A DNA stretch of 64,000 nt from an uncultured Enterobacteriaceae bacterium (GCA_964612335.1 CAZTDU010000007.1:20800-84799); one strand, 5' to 3'. Counted from the stretch's first letter, positions 29,067-38,284 are shown. Translations and numbers: made by a program. The notes: a model not told the origin generated them from the letters alone.

Positions 29067-31994
29067 CTATACGTAGTCCTTCGCGGCGCTGTCGGCATCC
29101 TGCGGCCTGCCCATCAGGTAGCCCTGCACGCAGTCGCAGCCGCACTCGCGCAGGAATTCCCGCTGCGCCTCGGCTTCCACGCCCTCGGCTACCGCCTGCA
29201 GGCCGAGCGCGTGCGCGACGCCGACGATCGCCGCGACCACTGCCCTGCTGTCGCTGTCCGCCGGCAGCGGCGCGACCAGGCTCCGGTCGATCTTCAGCCT
29301 GTCTACGTGCTGGCGTTGCAGCATGGCAAGGCTGGACTGGCCGCTGCCGAAATTGTCCACCGCGACCGACACGCCGATCGCCTTCAGTTTCTTCAGCGTG
29401 TGCTGCGCCACCTCGGGCTGCTGCATCAGCGTCGCTTCGACGACTTCCAGTTCGAACTGCGACGCCGGCAGTCCCGTTTCGCGCAGTATGCGGGCCACGA
29501 TATCGGCAAGCCGCGGGTCGGCGAATTGCCGCGCCGAAAGGTTGACCGACACGCGCAATCCTCGCTCGGCGCCGATGAAGGTGGCCCAGCGGCAGGCCTG
29601 CTCCATCACCCACTCGCCGATGCGCATGATCAGCCCGCTGTCCTCGGCGACCTGGATGAACTCCGCCGGCGACACCAGCCCCCTGGACGGGTGCTTCCAG
29701 CGCAAGAGCGCCTCATGCGCGACGACCCTGCCCTCCCGCGCCTCGCAAACCGGCTGGTAGTAAATCAGCAGCTCGTCGCGCTCGAGCGCGCGGCGCAGGT
29801 CGTTCTCGAGTGCCACGCGCCGCGACGCCGCGAGGTTCATCTGCTCGGTAAAGAACTGGTAGTTGCCACGCCCGGTTTCCTTGGCGTGGTACATCGCCGC
29901 ATCGGCATTGCGGATCAGCGTCTCGGCATCCCGGCCATCGTCCGGGTAGACGCTGATGCCGATCGAGGGCGTCACGGCCAGGTCCTGCTCCAGCACGCGT
30001 ATCGGCAGCGACAGCCCCTCGATCACCTTCTGCGCGACCTGCGCCGCATCCGCGCCGCGCTTCAGCTCGGGCAGCACGATGATGAACTCGTCGCCGCCGA
30101 CGCGGCAGATGGTGTCGCCCACGCGCAACTGCTTCGCGAGCCGCACCGCGACCTCCTTCAGCAGCGCATCGCCAACCGCGTGGCCAAGCGTGTCGTTGAT
30201 CGCCTTGAAGCGGTCGAGGTCGACGAATATGACCGCGGTCTGCTTGCGGTTGCGCTGCGACAGCGCCAGCGCCTGCGTCAGGCGGTCTTCCAGCAACCGG
30301 CGATTGGGCAGGCCGGTCAGCGGATCGTGGTCGGCCAGGTGCTTCGCGCGATCCTCGGCCTGCCTGCGATCGGCGATCTCGGCCTCGAGCCGCTCGTTCG
30401 CCGCCTTCAACGCCGCGGTGCGCTCGGCCACCGCGTGCTCCAGCGCTTCGCGCGAGGCTTCCAGCGATTCGCGCGCCGCGTGCTCCGCGGTGACATCGTC
30501 GAAGGTCCACACCGATCCCTGCGAAGGATCCCCCGGCTGCACCGCGCGCCCGACGAGGTGGCACTGGAACTCGCTGCCGTCCTTGCGCCGCATGCGCCGC
30601 TCGGCGTCGTGCCTCTCTCCAGCCCAGATGCGCTCGTAACGCGCCTCTACCTGCTCGAACTCGCCGGCGACGGCGTACAGCAACCGCGTCGACTGGTGCA
30701 GCAGTTCGCCATGCGCGTAGCCGAACAGCTCCTCGAAACGCCGGTTGCAGCGCATCACGCAACGGTCCTGGATGAACGCGATGCCGATCATGGCGCTGTC
30801 CAGCAGTGCGTTCTGCTCGCGCACCAGGCGCTGCAGCGCCTCGTCGGCGCGCCTGCGCTCGCTGATGTCCTCGAACAGCCACACCGCGCCGCGCGCGGGA
30901 TTCGCCGGGTCCAGCGGCCGGCCCGACACGCGGCACCAGAAGCCGCTGCCGTCGTTCCGGCGCAGCCACTGCTCGCGCGCGTGCGCGCGGTCCGTGCCGA
31001 GCTCCCGGTACGCCTGCGTGCCGGCCGCATAGTCCTCGTCGGTAAAGTAGAACCGCCGCGCAGGCGCGCCGCTGGCCTCGCCCGGCGCGTAGCCAAACAG
31101 CTCCTCGAAGCGCCGGCTGCAGCGCTGCAGCACGCGATCGCGAAAGAACGCGATGCCGACCACCACGTTGTCCAGCAGCGCCTGCTGCTCCGCGAGCACG
31201 CGCGCCAGGTGCTCCGCGGCGCGCCGCTGCTCGGTGATGTCCTCGTCCAGCCACACCGAGCCCTTGGCGCGGTCCGGCGGATCCACCGCGCGGCCGGTAA
31301 GCCGCGACCAGAAGGTGCTGCCGTCCTTGCGCCGTGCTTCGCTCTCCGCGGTGTACGAGCCGCCTTGCGCCAGCCGCGCCGAGCCTTCGGCCACCTGGTC
31401 ATGGTCGGATTCGCGCGCAAAGATCACCTTGGTCGACAGGCCCGCCATCTCGCCGGGCGAGTAGCCGTGCATCTCCTCGAAGCGCCGGTTGGTGCGCACG
31501 ATCCTGCCTTCGCGCACGAAGCAGATGCCGATCTGCGCGGTGTCCAGGATCGCCTCCTGCTCGCGCGCAAGCCGCGCCAGCTCGTCGGCCTGGCGCCTCC
31601 TGCCGGTAATGTCCTCGGCGATCCACACCGTGCCCTGCTGCGTCTGCGCCGGGTTGATCGCCTTGGCGATGATGCGGCACAGGATCAGCGTGCCGTCGCG
31701 GCGGCGCATCTCCCATTCGATGTCCAGCTGCCTTCCCGCGGAGAGAATCGGCACCGCGATCTGACCCAGGGCCTGGTAGCTGTCGGGCGACGCGTAGACG
31801 ACGTCGCCCGACTGGCCGACGAGCTCGTCGGCCGACCAGCCGAACATCTCGGCGAACTTCGGGTTGCAGAGGAAGAATCTGCGCTCGCGCGTGAACGCGA
31901 TGCCGATCGACGCGTTCGCGAGCACCGCTTCGTACTCCAGCAGCGTGGTGCGCGTGCGCCCGGCGTAGCCCGCGCCGGGAACGGTCACTGGCAT
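29067..31994 (-). CDS. PAS(x4)-GGDEF-EAL cyclic-di-GMP signalling protein
   Basis: Started at ATG 31992-31994 (MPVTVPG...) inside ORF 29067..32810. It has four PAS-like modules, GGDEF motif RVGGDEFIIV, and EAL-domain motifs HEALLRW, DNFGSGQSSL, LKIDRSLV. Confidence 0.9.
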   Translation of the reverse strand: MPVTVPGAGYAGRTRTTLLEYEAVLANASIGIAFTRERRFFLCNPKFAEMFGWSADELVGQSGDVVYASPDSYQALGQIAVPILSAGRQLDIEWEMRRRDGTLILCRIIAKAINPAQTQQGTVWIAEDITGRRRQADELARLAREQEAILDTAQIGICFVREGRIVRTNRRFEEMHGYSPGEMAGLSTKVIFARESDHDQVAEGSARLAQGGSYTAESEARRKDGSTFWSRLTGRAVDPPDRAKGSVWLDEDITEQRRAAEHLARVLAEQQALLDNVVVGIAFFRDRVLQRCSRRFEELFGYAPGEASGAPARRFYFTDEDYAAGTQAYRELGTDRAHAREQWLRRNDGSGFWCRVSGRPLDPANPARGAVWLFEDISERRRADEALQRLVREQNALLDSAMIGIAFIQDRCVMRCNRRFEELFGYAHGELLHQSTRLLYAVAGEFEQVEARYERIWAGERHDAERRMRRKDGSEFQCHLVGRAVQPGDPSQGSVWTFDDVTAEHAARESLEASREALEHAVAERTAALKAANERLEAEIADRRQAEDRAKHLADHDPLTGLPNRRLLEDRLTQALALSQRNRKQTAVIFVDLDRFKAINDTLGHAVGDALLKEVAVRLAKQLRVGDTICRVGGDEFIIVLPELKRGADAAQVAQKVIEGLSLPIRVLEQDLAVTPSIGISVYPDDGRDAETLIRNADAAMYHAKETGRGNYQFFTEQMNLAASRRVALENDLRRALERDELLIYYQPVCEAREGRVVAHEALLRWKHPSRGLVSPAEFIQVAEDSGLIMRIGEWVMEQACRWATFIGAERGLRVSVNLSARQFADPRLADIVARILRETGLPASQFELEVVEATLMQQPEVAQHTLKKLKAIGVSVAVDNFGSGQSSLAMLQRQHVDRLKIDRSLVAPLPADSDSRAVVAAIVGVAHALGLQAVAEGVEAEAQREFLRECGCDCVQGYLMGRPQDADSAAKDYV

Positions 31995-32005
31995 GGCAGG
32001 TTCGC

Positions 32006-32860
32006 TCACTTCGCCACTCCAGCGCCGGGCTGCGTGCGTGCCAGCACGCGGAAGTTCTCGGCATAGAAGCGCAGCCGGTTCACGGCATGCCGCCGCTGCT
32101 CGGCGCTCAGCGTCCTGTCCAGGTCTAGCAGCAGGTCGAAGTACGCGGCCAGTTGCTGGCGCGTTGCGGCAGTGTGATCGGCTGCGCGGCTGCGCTCCCA
32201 GTCGGCCGCCCATCCCGCCAGGCGCCGCGTCGCCTGGCGATCGCGCAGCATGGCGACGAATTCCGCCTGCCTGCGCTTGCGATAGCGGTCGCGCATGTCC
32301 GCGGAAAGCGGCGCCTGCATCGTGTATCGCCGCACGCGCTCGACCTGCGCGTCGCTCAGTCTTCCCAACCAGTCCTCCAGGCGTTCGAGGTTCCGCTTCA
32401 ACCTGCGCTCGCGCCGCTCGTCCGTGCTCCCGCCGAGCTGCTCCTTGGCAAACTTGCGATTGTCCTCGGCGAAGCGCTGCTCGAGGTGCGTGATCTTGTC
32501 TGCGGGCAGCCTGTCCAGGAGTGGCGCCGACTCGGCCGCCGCCACGCGCAACGCTTCCTCGATCTGCACCCGAACGGCATCGTACCCCCACTGCAGGTCC
32601 TCCCGCGCAAGGCCGCGACCGGTACGCGCTGCTGCCTCGTCGAGGATTGCGACGTATGCGGGCAGCGCGCTGGTCCGGTGCCACGACAGGAAGGACGCGA
32701 TGCGGGCATCCAGCTCGTCGGACTGCTCGCCCTCGAAATCGAGGTAGGAGTTCGCCTGCCAGCGCAGGAAGGTGTCGGCATTGCGATAGCCGAGCTGGAT
32801 CGCGCTGCACGCCGACAGCAGCAGCGCCGCCAGAACCGCGACGAGGCAGCGCCAGTTCAC
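32006..32860 (-). CDS. lipoprotein of unknown function (DUF6279-like)
   Basis: GTG 32858-32860 forms a GTGA overlap with the fpr stop. Signal/lipobox VNWRCLVAVLAALLLSAC. The remainder is helical and Arg/Glu-rich. Confidence 0.6.
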   Translation of the reverse strand: MNWRCLVAVLAALLLSACSAIQLGYRNADTFLRWQANSYLDFEGEQSDELDARIASFLSWHRTSALPAYVAILDEAAARTGRGLAREDLQWGYDAVRVQIEEALRVAAAESAPLLDRLPADKITHLEQRFAEDNRKFAKEQLGGSTDERRERRLKRNLERLEDWLGRLSDAQVERVRRYTMQAPLSADMRDRYRKRRQAEFVAMLRDRQATRRLAGWAADWERSRAADHTAATRQQLAAYFDLLLDLDRTLSAEQRRHAVNRLRFYAENFRVLARTQPGAGVAK

Positions 32861-33600
32861 CAGAAAGCCTCTGTGGTGATCTGGCCGGGCGAGCGGCGGC
32901 GGTGCTTCTTCATGCCGCGCGCGGCGAGCACGTCGATGACGTCCTTCACCATGTCCGGGTTGCCGCACAGCAGCACCTGCGAGCTGTCCGCGGCGAGCGC
33001 TGCGCCCGCTGCTTCCTCCAGCCGCCCGTCACGGATCGCCGCAGGGATGCGGCCATCGAGCGTGCCTTTCGCGGCCTCGCGGCTGAGCATGCTGACGCAG
33101 GTGAAGCGCCCGGCGCGCGCGTCACGCACCGCGTCGATGAGCTCGCGATAGACCAGATCGCTCGCGTGCCGCGCCGCGTGCACCAGCACCACGCGGCGGT
33201 AGCGCCGCCACGCCGCCTCGTCGCGCAGGATGGAAAGGAACGGCGCCAGCCCGGTGCCGGTGGCAATGAGCCACAGCGTGTCCGCGTCCGGCACCTCGGA
33301 CAGCACGAGGAACCCGCTCGGATTGGTGGCGACATGCAGCGCGTCGCCGGCGCGCAGCGCGGCGAGGCGCGGCGACAGCAGGCCCTCGGGCACGACGATG
33401 CCGTAGTACTCCTGCACCGGGTCGGCGGGCGGATTGACGAACGAGAACGGCCGCGCGACGCGCTCGCCGTCGATATCCAGCGCGATGCGCACGAACTGCC
33501 CGGCCTCGAACGCGAGCGGCGGCGCCTCGACGCGCAGCGAGAAAAGGTGCGGCGTCCAGTGCCGGTTCTCGATCACCGTGCCTTGCGTCCATTCGCTCAT
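32857..33600 (-). CDS. fpr: ferredoxin-NADP(+) reductase
   Basis: 247-aa ORF. Motifs: RPFSFVN (FAD-binding RxYS-type), LWLIATGTGLAPFLSIL, LLCGNPDMV, C-terminal EAFW. Confidence 0.9.
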   Translation of the reverse strand: MSEWTQGTVIENRHWTPHLFSLRVEAPPLAFEAGQFVRIALDIDGERVARPFSFVNPPADPVQEYYGIVVPEGLLSPRLAALRAGDALHVATNPSGFLVLSEVPDADTLWLIATGTGLAPFLSILRDEAAWRRYRRVVLVHAARHASDLVYRELIDAVRDARAGRFTCVSMLSREAAKGTLDGRIPAAIRDGRLEEAAGAALAADSSQVLLCGNPDMVKDVIDVLAARGMKKHRRRSPGQITTEAFW

Positions 33601-33920
33601 TGCAGCCTGTTCGCCTGCACCGGATAGGGCTCGAGCCGCAGGTCGGCGAGCTCGCCGCCCAGCGTGGCGATCGAGCCCTGGCGGCGGTTGTTGCCGGTGT
33701 CGGAGAACTCGAACGTATAGGTGCGCTTGATGCGCACCCTGCCTTCGTCGTCGCGCACGAGGCGCAACCGCGCGAAGGCCACGGTGTCATCCAGCAGTTG
33801 CAGCCCGTAGCGGTCGCAGGCGGCGCGCCCGGCGTCCACCGCACGCTCGCGCGCCCGCATGCCGTCGACCCACGCGAACACGGCGGCGAGCAACAAGAGG
33901 ATCGCTAAGGCTTCCCACAT
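33597..33920 (-). CDS. DUF3301 domain protein
   Basis: 107-aa ORF with an N-terminal TM helix MWEALAILLLLAAVFAW and the LLDDTVAFARLRL pattern. It overlaps the fpr start by 4 nt. Confidence 0.7.
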   Translation of the reverse strand: MWEALAILLLLAAVFAWVDGMRARERAVDAGRAACDRYGLQLLDDTVAFARLRLVRDDEGRVRIKRTYTFEFSDTGNNRRQGSIATLGGELADLRLEPYPVQANRLQ

Positions 33921-33932
33921 GGAAGCGTGGGA

Positions 33933-34442
33933 TTATAGGACCAGCACCCTCCACGCCTCGCGCTTCGCGTCGAACGACAGCGCGGCATGCGCCGGGCTGG
34001 TCGAGGGAAGCCGGGCATACGCGATTCCCCGCAGTTTCAGCCCCGGCTCGACATGGCGCCTGAAACACTGCTCGGCAGCGGCGCCGTTGAAGACCACGCG
34101 CCGGATACGGGCATGCGAGCGGAAGAACGCGGCGAAATCGTTCGCGGCCAGGTCCTCGCGCGCGATGTCCGCATCCAGGCTGCCGCGGCGCCGGCACGAG
34201 TGCAGCACGTCCCACAGCGCGATGCGCGCCTCCTTCAGCGCCCGCACGCGCCGCGCGTACGGTGCGTCCGGCGCGAACCCGAGCAGCGCGGCCATGATCG
34301 GCCAGAACGCGTTCCTCGGGTGCGCGTAGTAGCGCCCCGCCGCCAGCGACGCCTCCCCCGGCATGCTGCCCAGGATCAGCACCTCGGCATCGCGGCGCGC
34401 GATCGGGGGGAAGCTGCGGACCAGCGGATGCGTCGCCGGCAT
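33933..34442 (-). CDS. DNA-deoxyinosine (hypoxanthine) glycosylase, UDG superfamily
   Basis: This is the last 169 aa of ORF 33933..35144. Motifs: LILGSMPGEASLAAGRYYAHPRNAFWPIM, LPSTSPAHA. Confidence 0.75.
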   Translation of the reverse strand: MPATHPLVRSFPPIARRDAEVLILGSMPGEASLAAGRYYAHPRNAFWPIMAALLGFAPDAPYARRVRALKEARIALWDVLHSCRRRGSLDADIAREDLAANDFAAFFRSHARIRRVVFNGAAAEQCFRRHVEPGLKLRGIAYARLPSTSPAHAALSFDAKREAWRVLVL

Positions 34443-34450
34443 CGCCTCGC

Positions 34451-36028
34451 CTACCCGAGATCTGACCGGATCAGGTCCGCAGCCTTCTCCGCCACCGCGA
34501 TCACCGACGCATTGGTGTTCGCCGACGGCACGCTGGGCATGATGGATGCGTCGACGACGCGCAGGCCGCCGATACCGCGCACGTTGAGGTTGCCATCCAC
34601 CACGGCGCGGGAGTCGTTGCCCATGCGGCAGGTGGAGGTGGGGTGGAACACGGTCTCGCCGGTCTCGCGGCAGAACGCGAGCCAGTCCTCGTCGGTCTGC
34701 ACGCGCGGCCCGGGGTGCACCTCCTCGAGCACATAGTCTGCGAGCGGCTTCGCATTGACCAGCCGGCGCAGGATCTTCAGCCCCTCCACCATGACGCGGC
34801 GGTCCTTGTCCGTGGACAGGTAGTTGTAGCGGATCGCCGGCGGCTCGGCCGGGTCCGCCGAGCGGATCATCACGCTGCCGCGCGAATCGGACTGCATCTG
34901 CGACACCGAGCAGGTGAAGCCCGAGAACGGGTGCAGCAGGCCACCGCGCTGCATCGACGAAAAGTTGATGAAGTAGATCTGCGCGTCCGGCCGCGGCAGC
35001 TCCGGGCGCGTCTTCACGATCGCCGCCGCGTGGCCCGCGCTGATGGTCAGCGGCCCGCGCCTGCCGAACACGTACTGCATGCCGATCCAGAGCCGGCGCA
35101 GCGGGTTCGCCATGTCGTCGTTCAGCGTGATCGGCTTCGCGCACTTCCAGAACGTGCGCACGTAGAAATGGTCCTGCAGGTCGGCACCGACGCCGGGCGC
35201 GTCCAGCACCACCGGGATGCCGAGCGAGCGCAGGTGCTCCGCCGGACCGACGCCCGAGAGCTGCAGCAGTTGCGGCGAGTTGATGCTGCCGCCGCAGAGG
35301 ATCACCTCGTTGGCGTACACGCTGCGCACGCGGCCACGCTGGCGGAACTCGACGCCGACCGCGCGCCGGCCTTCGAACAGGATGCGCGTCGCCAGCGCTT
35401 CCACCTCCACGTGCAGGTTGGCGCGCTTCTCGGCGCTGCGCAGGTAGGCGGTGGCGCTGCTCGAGCGCCGGCCGTGCCTCGATGTCGCCTGGTAGTAGCC
35501 CGCGCCTTCCTGCGTCGCGCCGTTGAAGTCTTCGTTCCTCGGCACGCCAATCGCGACCGCGGATTCGATGAACGCGTCCGCAAGCTCGTGGCGTTCCAGA
35601 TCCGACACGCCCAGCGGCCCGCCGACGCCGTGGTACTCGCTCGCGCCGCGTTGCTGGTCCTCGGCCTTGATGAAGCAGGGCAGCAGGTCCTTCCAGCCCC
35701 AGCCCGGCATGCCCCAGCCGTCGAAGTCCTCGGGCTGGCCGCGCAGGTAGACGAGGCCGTTGATCGACGACGATCCGCCGAGCACCTTGCCGCGCGGCGT
35801 GAAAATGCGCCTTCCGCCCAGCGCCGGTTCGGGCTCGGACTCGTACGACCAGTTGACTTCCTTCTTCGTGAAGAGCTTGCCGTAGCCGAGCGGCACGTGG
35901 ATCCAGATGTTGCGGTCGCGCGGCCCGGCTTCCAGCAGCAGCACCCGCGTGCGTCCATCCGCGGTGAGCCGGTTGGCGAGCACGCAGCCGGCCGAGCCGG
36001 CGCCGACGATGATGGCGTCGAAGTTCAG
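34451..36028 (-). CDS. GMC family oxidoreductase (choline dehydrogenase-like)
   Basis: Motifs: FDAIIVGAGSAGCVLANRL, GKVLGGSSSINGLVYLRG, HPTSTCRMG. The only in-frame ATG/GTG/TTG is 200 codons upstream, inside the SDR gene. The start is therefore provisionally placed at CTG 36026-36028 (CTGA junction); see findings. Confidence 0.8.
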   Translation of the reverse strand: MNFDAIIVGAGSAGCVLANRLTADGRTRVLLLEAGPRDRNIWIHVPLGYGKLFTKKEVNWSYESEPEPALGGRRIFTPRGKVLGGSSSINGLVYLRGQPEDFDGWGMPGWGWKDLLPCFIKAEDQQRGASEYHGVGGPLGVSDLERHELADAFIESAVAIGVPRNEDFNGATQEGAGYYQATSRHGRRSSSATAYLRSAEKRANLHVEVEALATRILFEGRRAVGVEFRQRGRVRSVYANEVILCGGSINSPQLLQLSGVGPAEHLRSLGIPVVLDAPGVGADLQDHFYVRTFWKCAKPITLNDDMANPLRRLWIGMQYVFGRRGPLTISAGHAAAIVKTRPELPRPDAQIYFINFSSMQRGGLLHPFSGFTCSVSQMQSDSRGSVMIRSADPAEPPAIRYNYLSTDKDRRVMVEGLKILRRLVNAKPLADYVLEEVHPGPRVQTDEDWLAFCRETGETVFHPTSTCRMGNDSRAVVDGNLNVRGIGGLRVVDASIMPSVPSANTNASVIAVAEKAADLIRSDLG

Positions 36029-36777
36029 GCGCGACGCGGCGACGCCACGTGCGTGCCGCCGTCCACGTAGAGGATCTGGCCGGTGACCTGCGCCGCGCCC
36101 TCGACCAGCCAGGCGATGGCGTCGGCCACGTCCTCGGGCTTCGCCACGCTCTGCAGCGGCGCGATGCCCTCGTAGGCGGCGCGGATCTTCGGGTACTTGT
36201 CGCCGTAGCCGGCCGCCAGCCACGGCGTCTCGACGAAGCCCGGCGCGAGCACGTTGACGCGCACCTCGGGGGCCAGCACGCGCGCGAGCGACATCGACAT
36301 GGTGTTCAGCGCCGCCTTGGATGCCGCGTAGGCGATCGACGAGCCGGTACCGAGCATGGACGCGAGCGAAGACACGTTGACGATGCTGCCGCGCGATTCC
36401 TTCAGCGCGGGCGCGGCCGCGCGGCACATCTGGAACGGCGCGATCACGTTGACCGCGTTGATGCGCTGGAAATCCCCGGCGGACAGGCCGTCGAGGTTTG
36501 CGTGCGGCACGAACCTGGTGGTGCCGGCATTGTTGACCAGTGCGTCCAGCCGCCCCCACTTGACCAGCGCCGCCTGCACCAGCGCGCGGCACTGCGCGTC
36601 CTCGGCCACGTCGGCCTTCACGGCGATCGCATTGCCGCATTCCTTCGCCACCTTCTCCGCCGCGGCAGCGCTCTTCGAATAGTTGACCACCACCGACCAG
36701 CCGCGCTTCGCGAGTTCGCGTACCGTCGCCTCGCCGATGCCCGAGGACGATCCCGTGACGATAGCAACCCGGCTCAT
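36025..36777 (-). CDS. short-chain dehydrogenase/reductase (SDR)
   Basis: ATG 36775-36777 forms an ATGA overlap with the cyclase stop. Motifs: VAIVTGSSSGIGEA, catalytic YAASKAAL. Confidence 0.9.
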   Translation of the reverse strand: MSRVAIVTGSSSGIGEATVRELAKRGWSVVVNYSKSAAAAEKVAKECGNAIAVKADVAEDAQCRALVQAALVKWGRLDALVNNAGTTRFVPHANLDGLSAGDFQRINAVNVIAPFQMCRAAAPALKESRGSIVNVSSLASMLGTGSSIAYAASKAALNTMSMSLARVLAPEVRVNVLAPGFVETPWLAAGYGDKYPKIRAAYEGIAPLQSVAKPEDVADAIAWLVEGAAQVTGQILYVDGGTHVASPRRA

Positions 36778-37817
36778 ACCGTGGCCACCGCGACGGCGGG
36801 CGAGCCGACCGCGCCGGGCAGGCGCAGTGGCGGCGCAGTAAGCAGGAAGCGATTTCGCCGATGCTCGCGCAGCCAGCGCGCCAGTTCCGACAGGTACCAG
36901 ATCTCCCCCAGGTGGATGCCGTTCTTGAACAGGCAGTGTTCGTGCAGCGGCATCAGGGCATGCGGCACGGACTTGAACGGGCTCATCGGGATTATCTCCA
37001 CGGCGTAGTTGTCGGCGATCAGTGCCACCGCGCCGCAATCGGTGACCCACTGCAGCAGCCTGTCGTCCCGGCCGTCCAGCCCGGTGCAGGTGTTGTTGAC
37101 GAGCTCGGGCGTCGGGTTCTTGCGCAGCTCCAGCAGCACGTCGGCGAAGCCGGTGTAGAAGCAGACGAAATCGCCCTTCTCCACCACCACCTTGTCGGCA
37201 TCCAGCACGCGCATCAGCGCGTCGTAGCCCACGGCCTTGCGCTCGCGGCCGAAGTGCGCATGCAGGTCGACCATCACGCCGCGGCCCTGCGCGCCCGCCT
37301 CGGCAAGGTTCTGGATCCCCAGCGCCTCGGCGCGCGCGCCCTCGTACTTCGCCCAGGGTTCGGCACCCGCGCGCTCGGGCGCGGGCTTCACGTCGTCGCC
37401 GGCACGATAGCCGTTGTAGAACACGATCTCCGCCTCGCCGTCACCGTCGGCGTCGAACTTCGAGCCGACGTGCGCGAAACTGTCCCACTGCGTGGAGTAC
37501 TGCAGCGTCAGCAGCACCACGTCGTCGCAGACCACGTCGGTGATGCCCGGCAGGTCGTCGCCCATGGGGTAGCAGAAATTCTGCTTGCCGGCGCGCAGCG
37601 TGGCCGCCTGCCGCGGCGGCGACCTGCGCGGATTCAGCACGTTGCCGCCGGGATAGTCGAGCGGCAGCGACAGGCAGAAGGTGCGCCCCTCCTTCACCTC
37701 GGCCACGCCCTGCAGCACCTTCTCGCGCGTCACCCAGTTCATGCGCCCGCGCTGATCATCAGGGCCGAATTCGCCCCAGTTGGAGCCCGGGGGCCGTTGC
37801 TTCCAGCGTTGCGCCAT
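36774..37817 (-). CDS. cyclase family protein (kynurenine formamidase-like fold)
   Basis: Started at ATG 37815-37817 (MAQRWKQRPPGSNWGEFG...) inside ORF 36774..38216. Contains YSTQWDSFAHVG. Confidence 0.75.
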   Translation of the reverse strand: MAQRWKQRPPGSNWGEFGPDDQRGRMNWVTREKVLQGVAEVKEGRTFCLSLPLDYPGGNVLNPRRSPPRQAATLRAGKQNFCYPMGDDLPGITDVVCDDVVLLTLQYSTQWDSFAHVGSKFDADGDGEAEIVFYNGYRAGDDVKPAPERAGAEPWAKYEGARAEALGIQNLAEAGAQGRGVMVDLHAHFGRERKAVGYDALMRVLDADKVVVEKGDFVCFYTGFADVLLELRKNPTPELVNNTCTGLDGRDDRLLQWVTDCGAVALIADNYAVEIIPMSPFKSVPHALMPLHEHCLFKNGIHLGEIWYLSELARWLREHRRNRFLLTAPPLRLPGAVGSPAVAVATV

Positions 37818-37825
37818 GGGAGCCC

Positions 37826-38284
37826 TCAGTAGTAGTGCCTGCCGATGGATTCGGCCACCATCACCGGCTTGTCGCTGCCTTCGCGCTCGACCGTGACCTT
37901 CCACGTCACCTGCACGCCGTTGCCCTCGAGCTTCTCGTAGCCGGCAAGCGTGTAGCGACCGCGGATGCGCGAGCCGGCGGGCACCGGCGCGGTGAAGCGC
38001 ACCTTGTTCAGCCCGTAGTTGACGCCCATCTTGCGCGCCGAGTAGTCGAATGTCGCCTCGCTCATCATCGGCAGCATCGACAACGTCAGGAACCCGTGCG
38101 CGATGGTCGAGCCGAAGGGCGAATCCTTCGCGCGCACCGGGTCGACGTGTATCCACTGGAAATCCTCCGTCGCCTGCGCGAAGCGGTCGATGCGCGCCTG
38201 CGGCATGTCGACCCACGGCGACACCGCAATCTCCTCGCCGACGCGCGCCGCGAGGTCCTGCATGCTCAATGCCACCTTGGCCAT
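37826..38284 (-). CDS. MaoC-like (R)-hydratase/dehydratase
   Basis: This is the last 152 aa of ORF 37826..39223 (MAKVALSMQDLAARVGEE...). Contains the hotdog motif FGSTIAHGFLTLS. Confidence 0.85.
   Translation of the reverse strand: MAKVALSMQDLAARVGEEIAVSPWVDMPQARIDRFAQATEDFQWIHVDPVRAKDSPFGSTIAHGFLTLSMLPMMSEATFDYSARKMGVNYGLNKVRFTAPVPAGSRIRGRYTLAGYEKLEGNGVQVTWKVTVEREGSDKPVMVAESIGRHYY

Noticed and set aside
29211-32066. A 951-aa antisense ORF lies opposite the PAS-GGDEF-EAL gene. Similar long antisense or offset ORFs occur elsewhere (e.g. 4676..6664, 16696..18159, 17948..19741, 25255..26994, 61057..62937).
   Set aside because: The translations are Arg/Ala/His/Gly-rich with no recognisable motifs. 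Each is fully shadowed by a gene with clear family motifs on the other strand or frame. These are typical high-GC shadow ORFs.
36029-36640. A 200-codon N-terminal extension of the GMC oxidoreductase ORF, starting from ATG 36640.
   Set aside because: It overlaps the SDR gene almost completely in another frame and translates to an Arg/Gly repeat-like sequence. The FAD-binding motif should be N-terminal.
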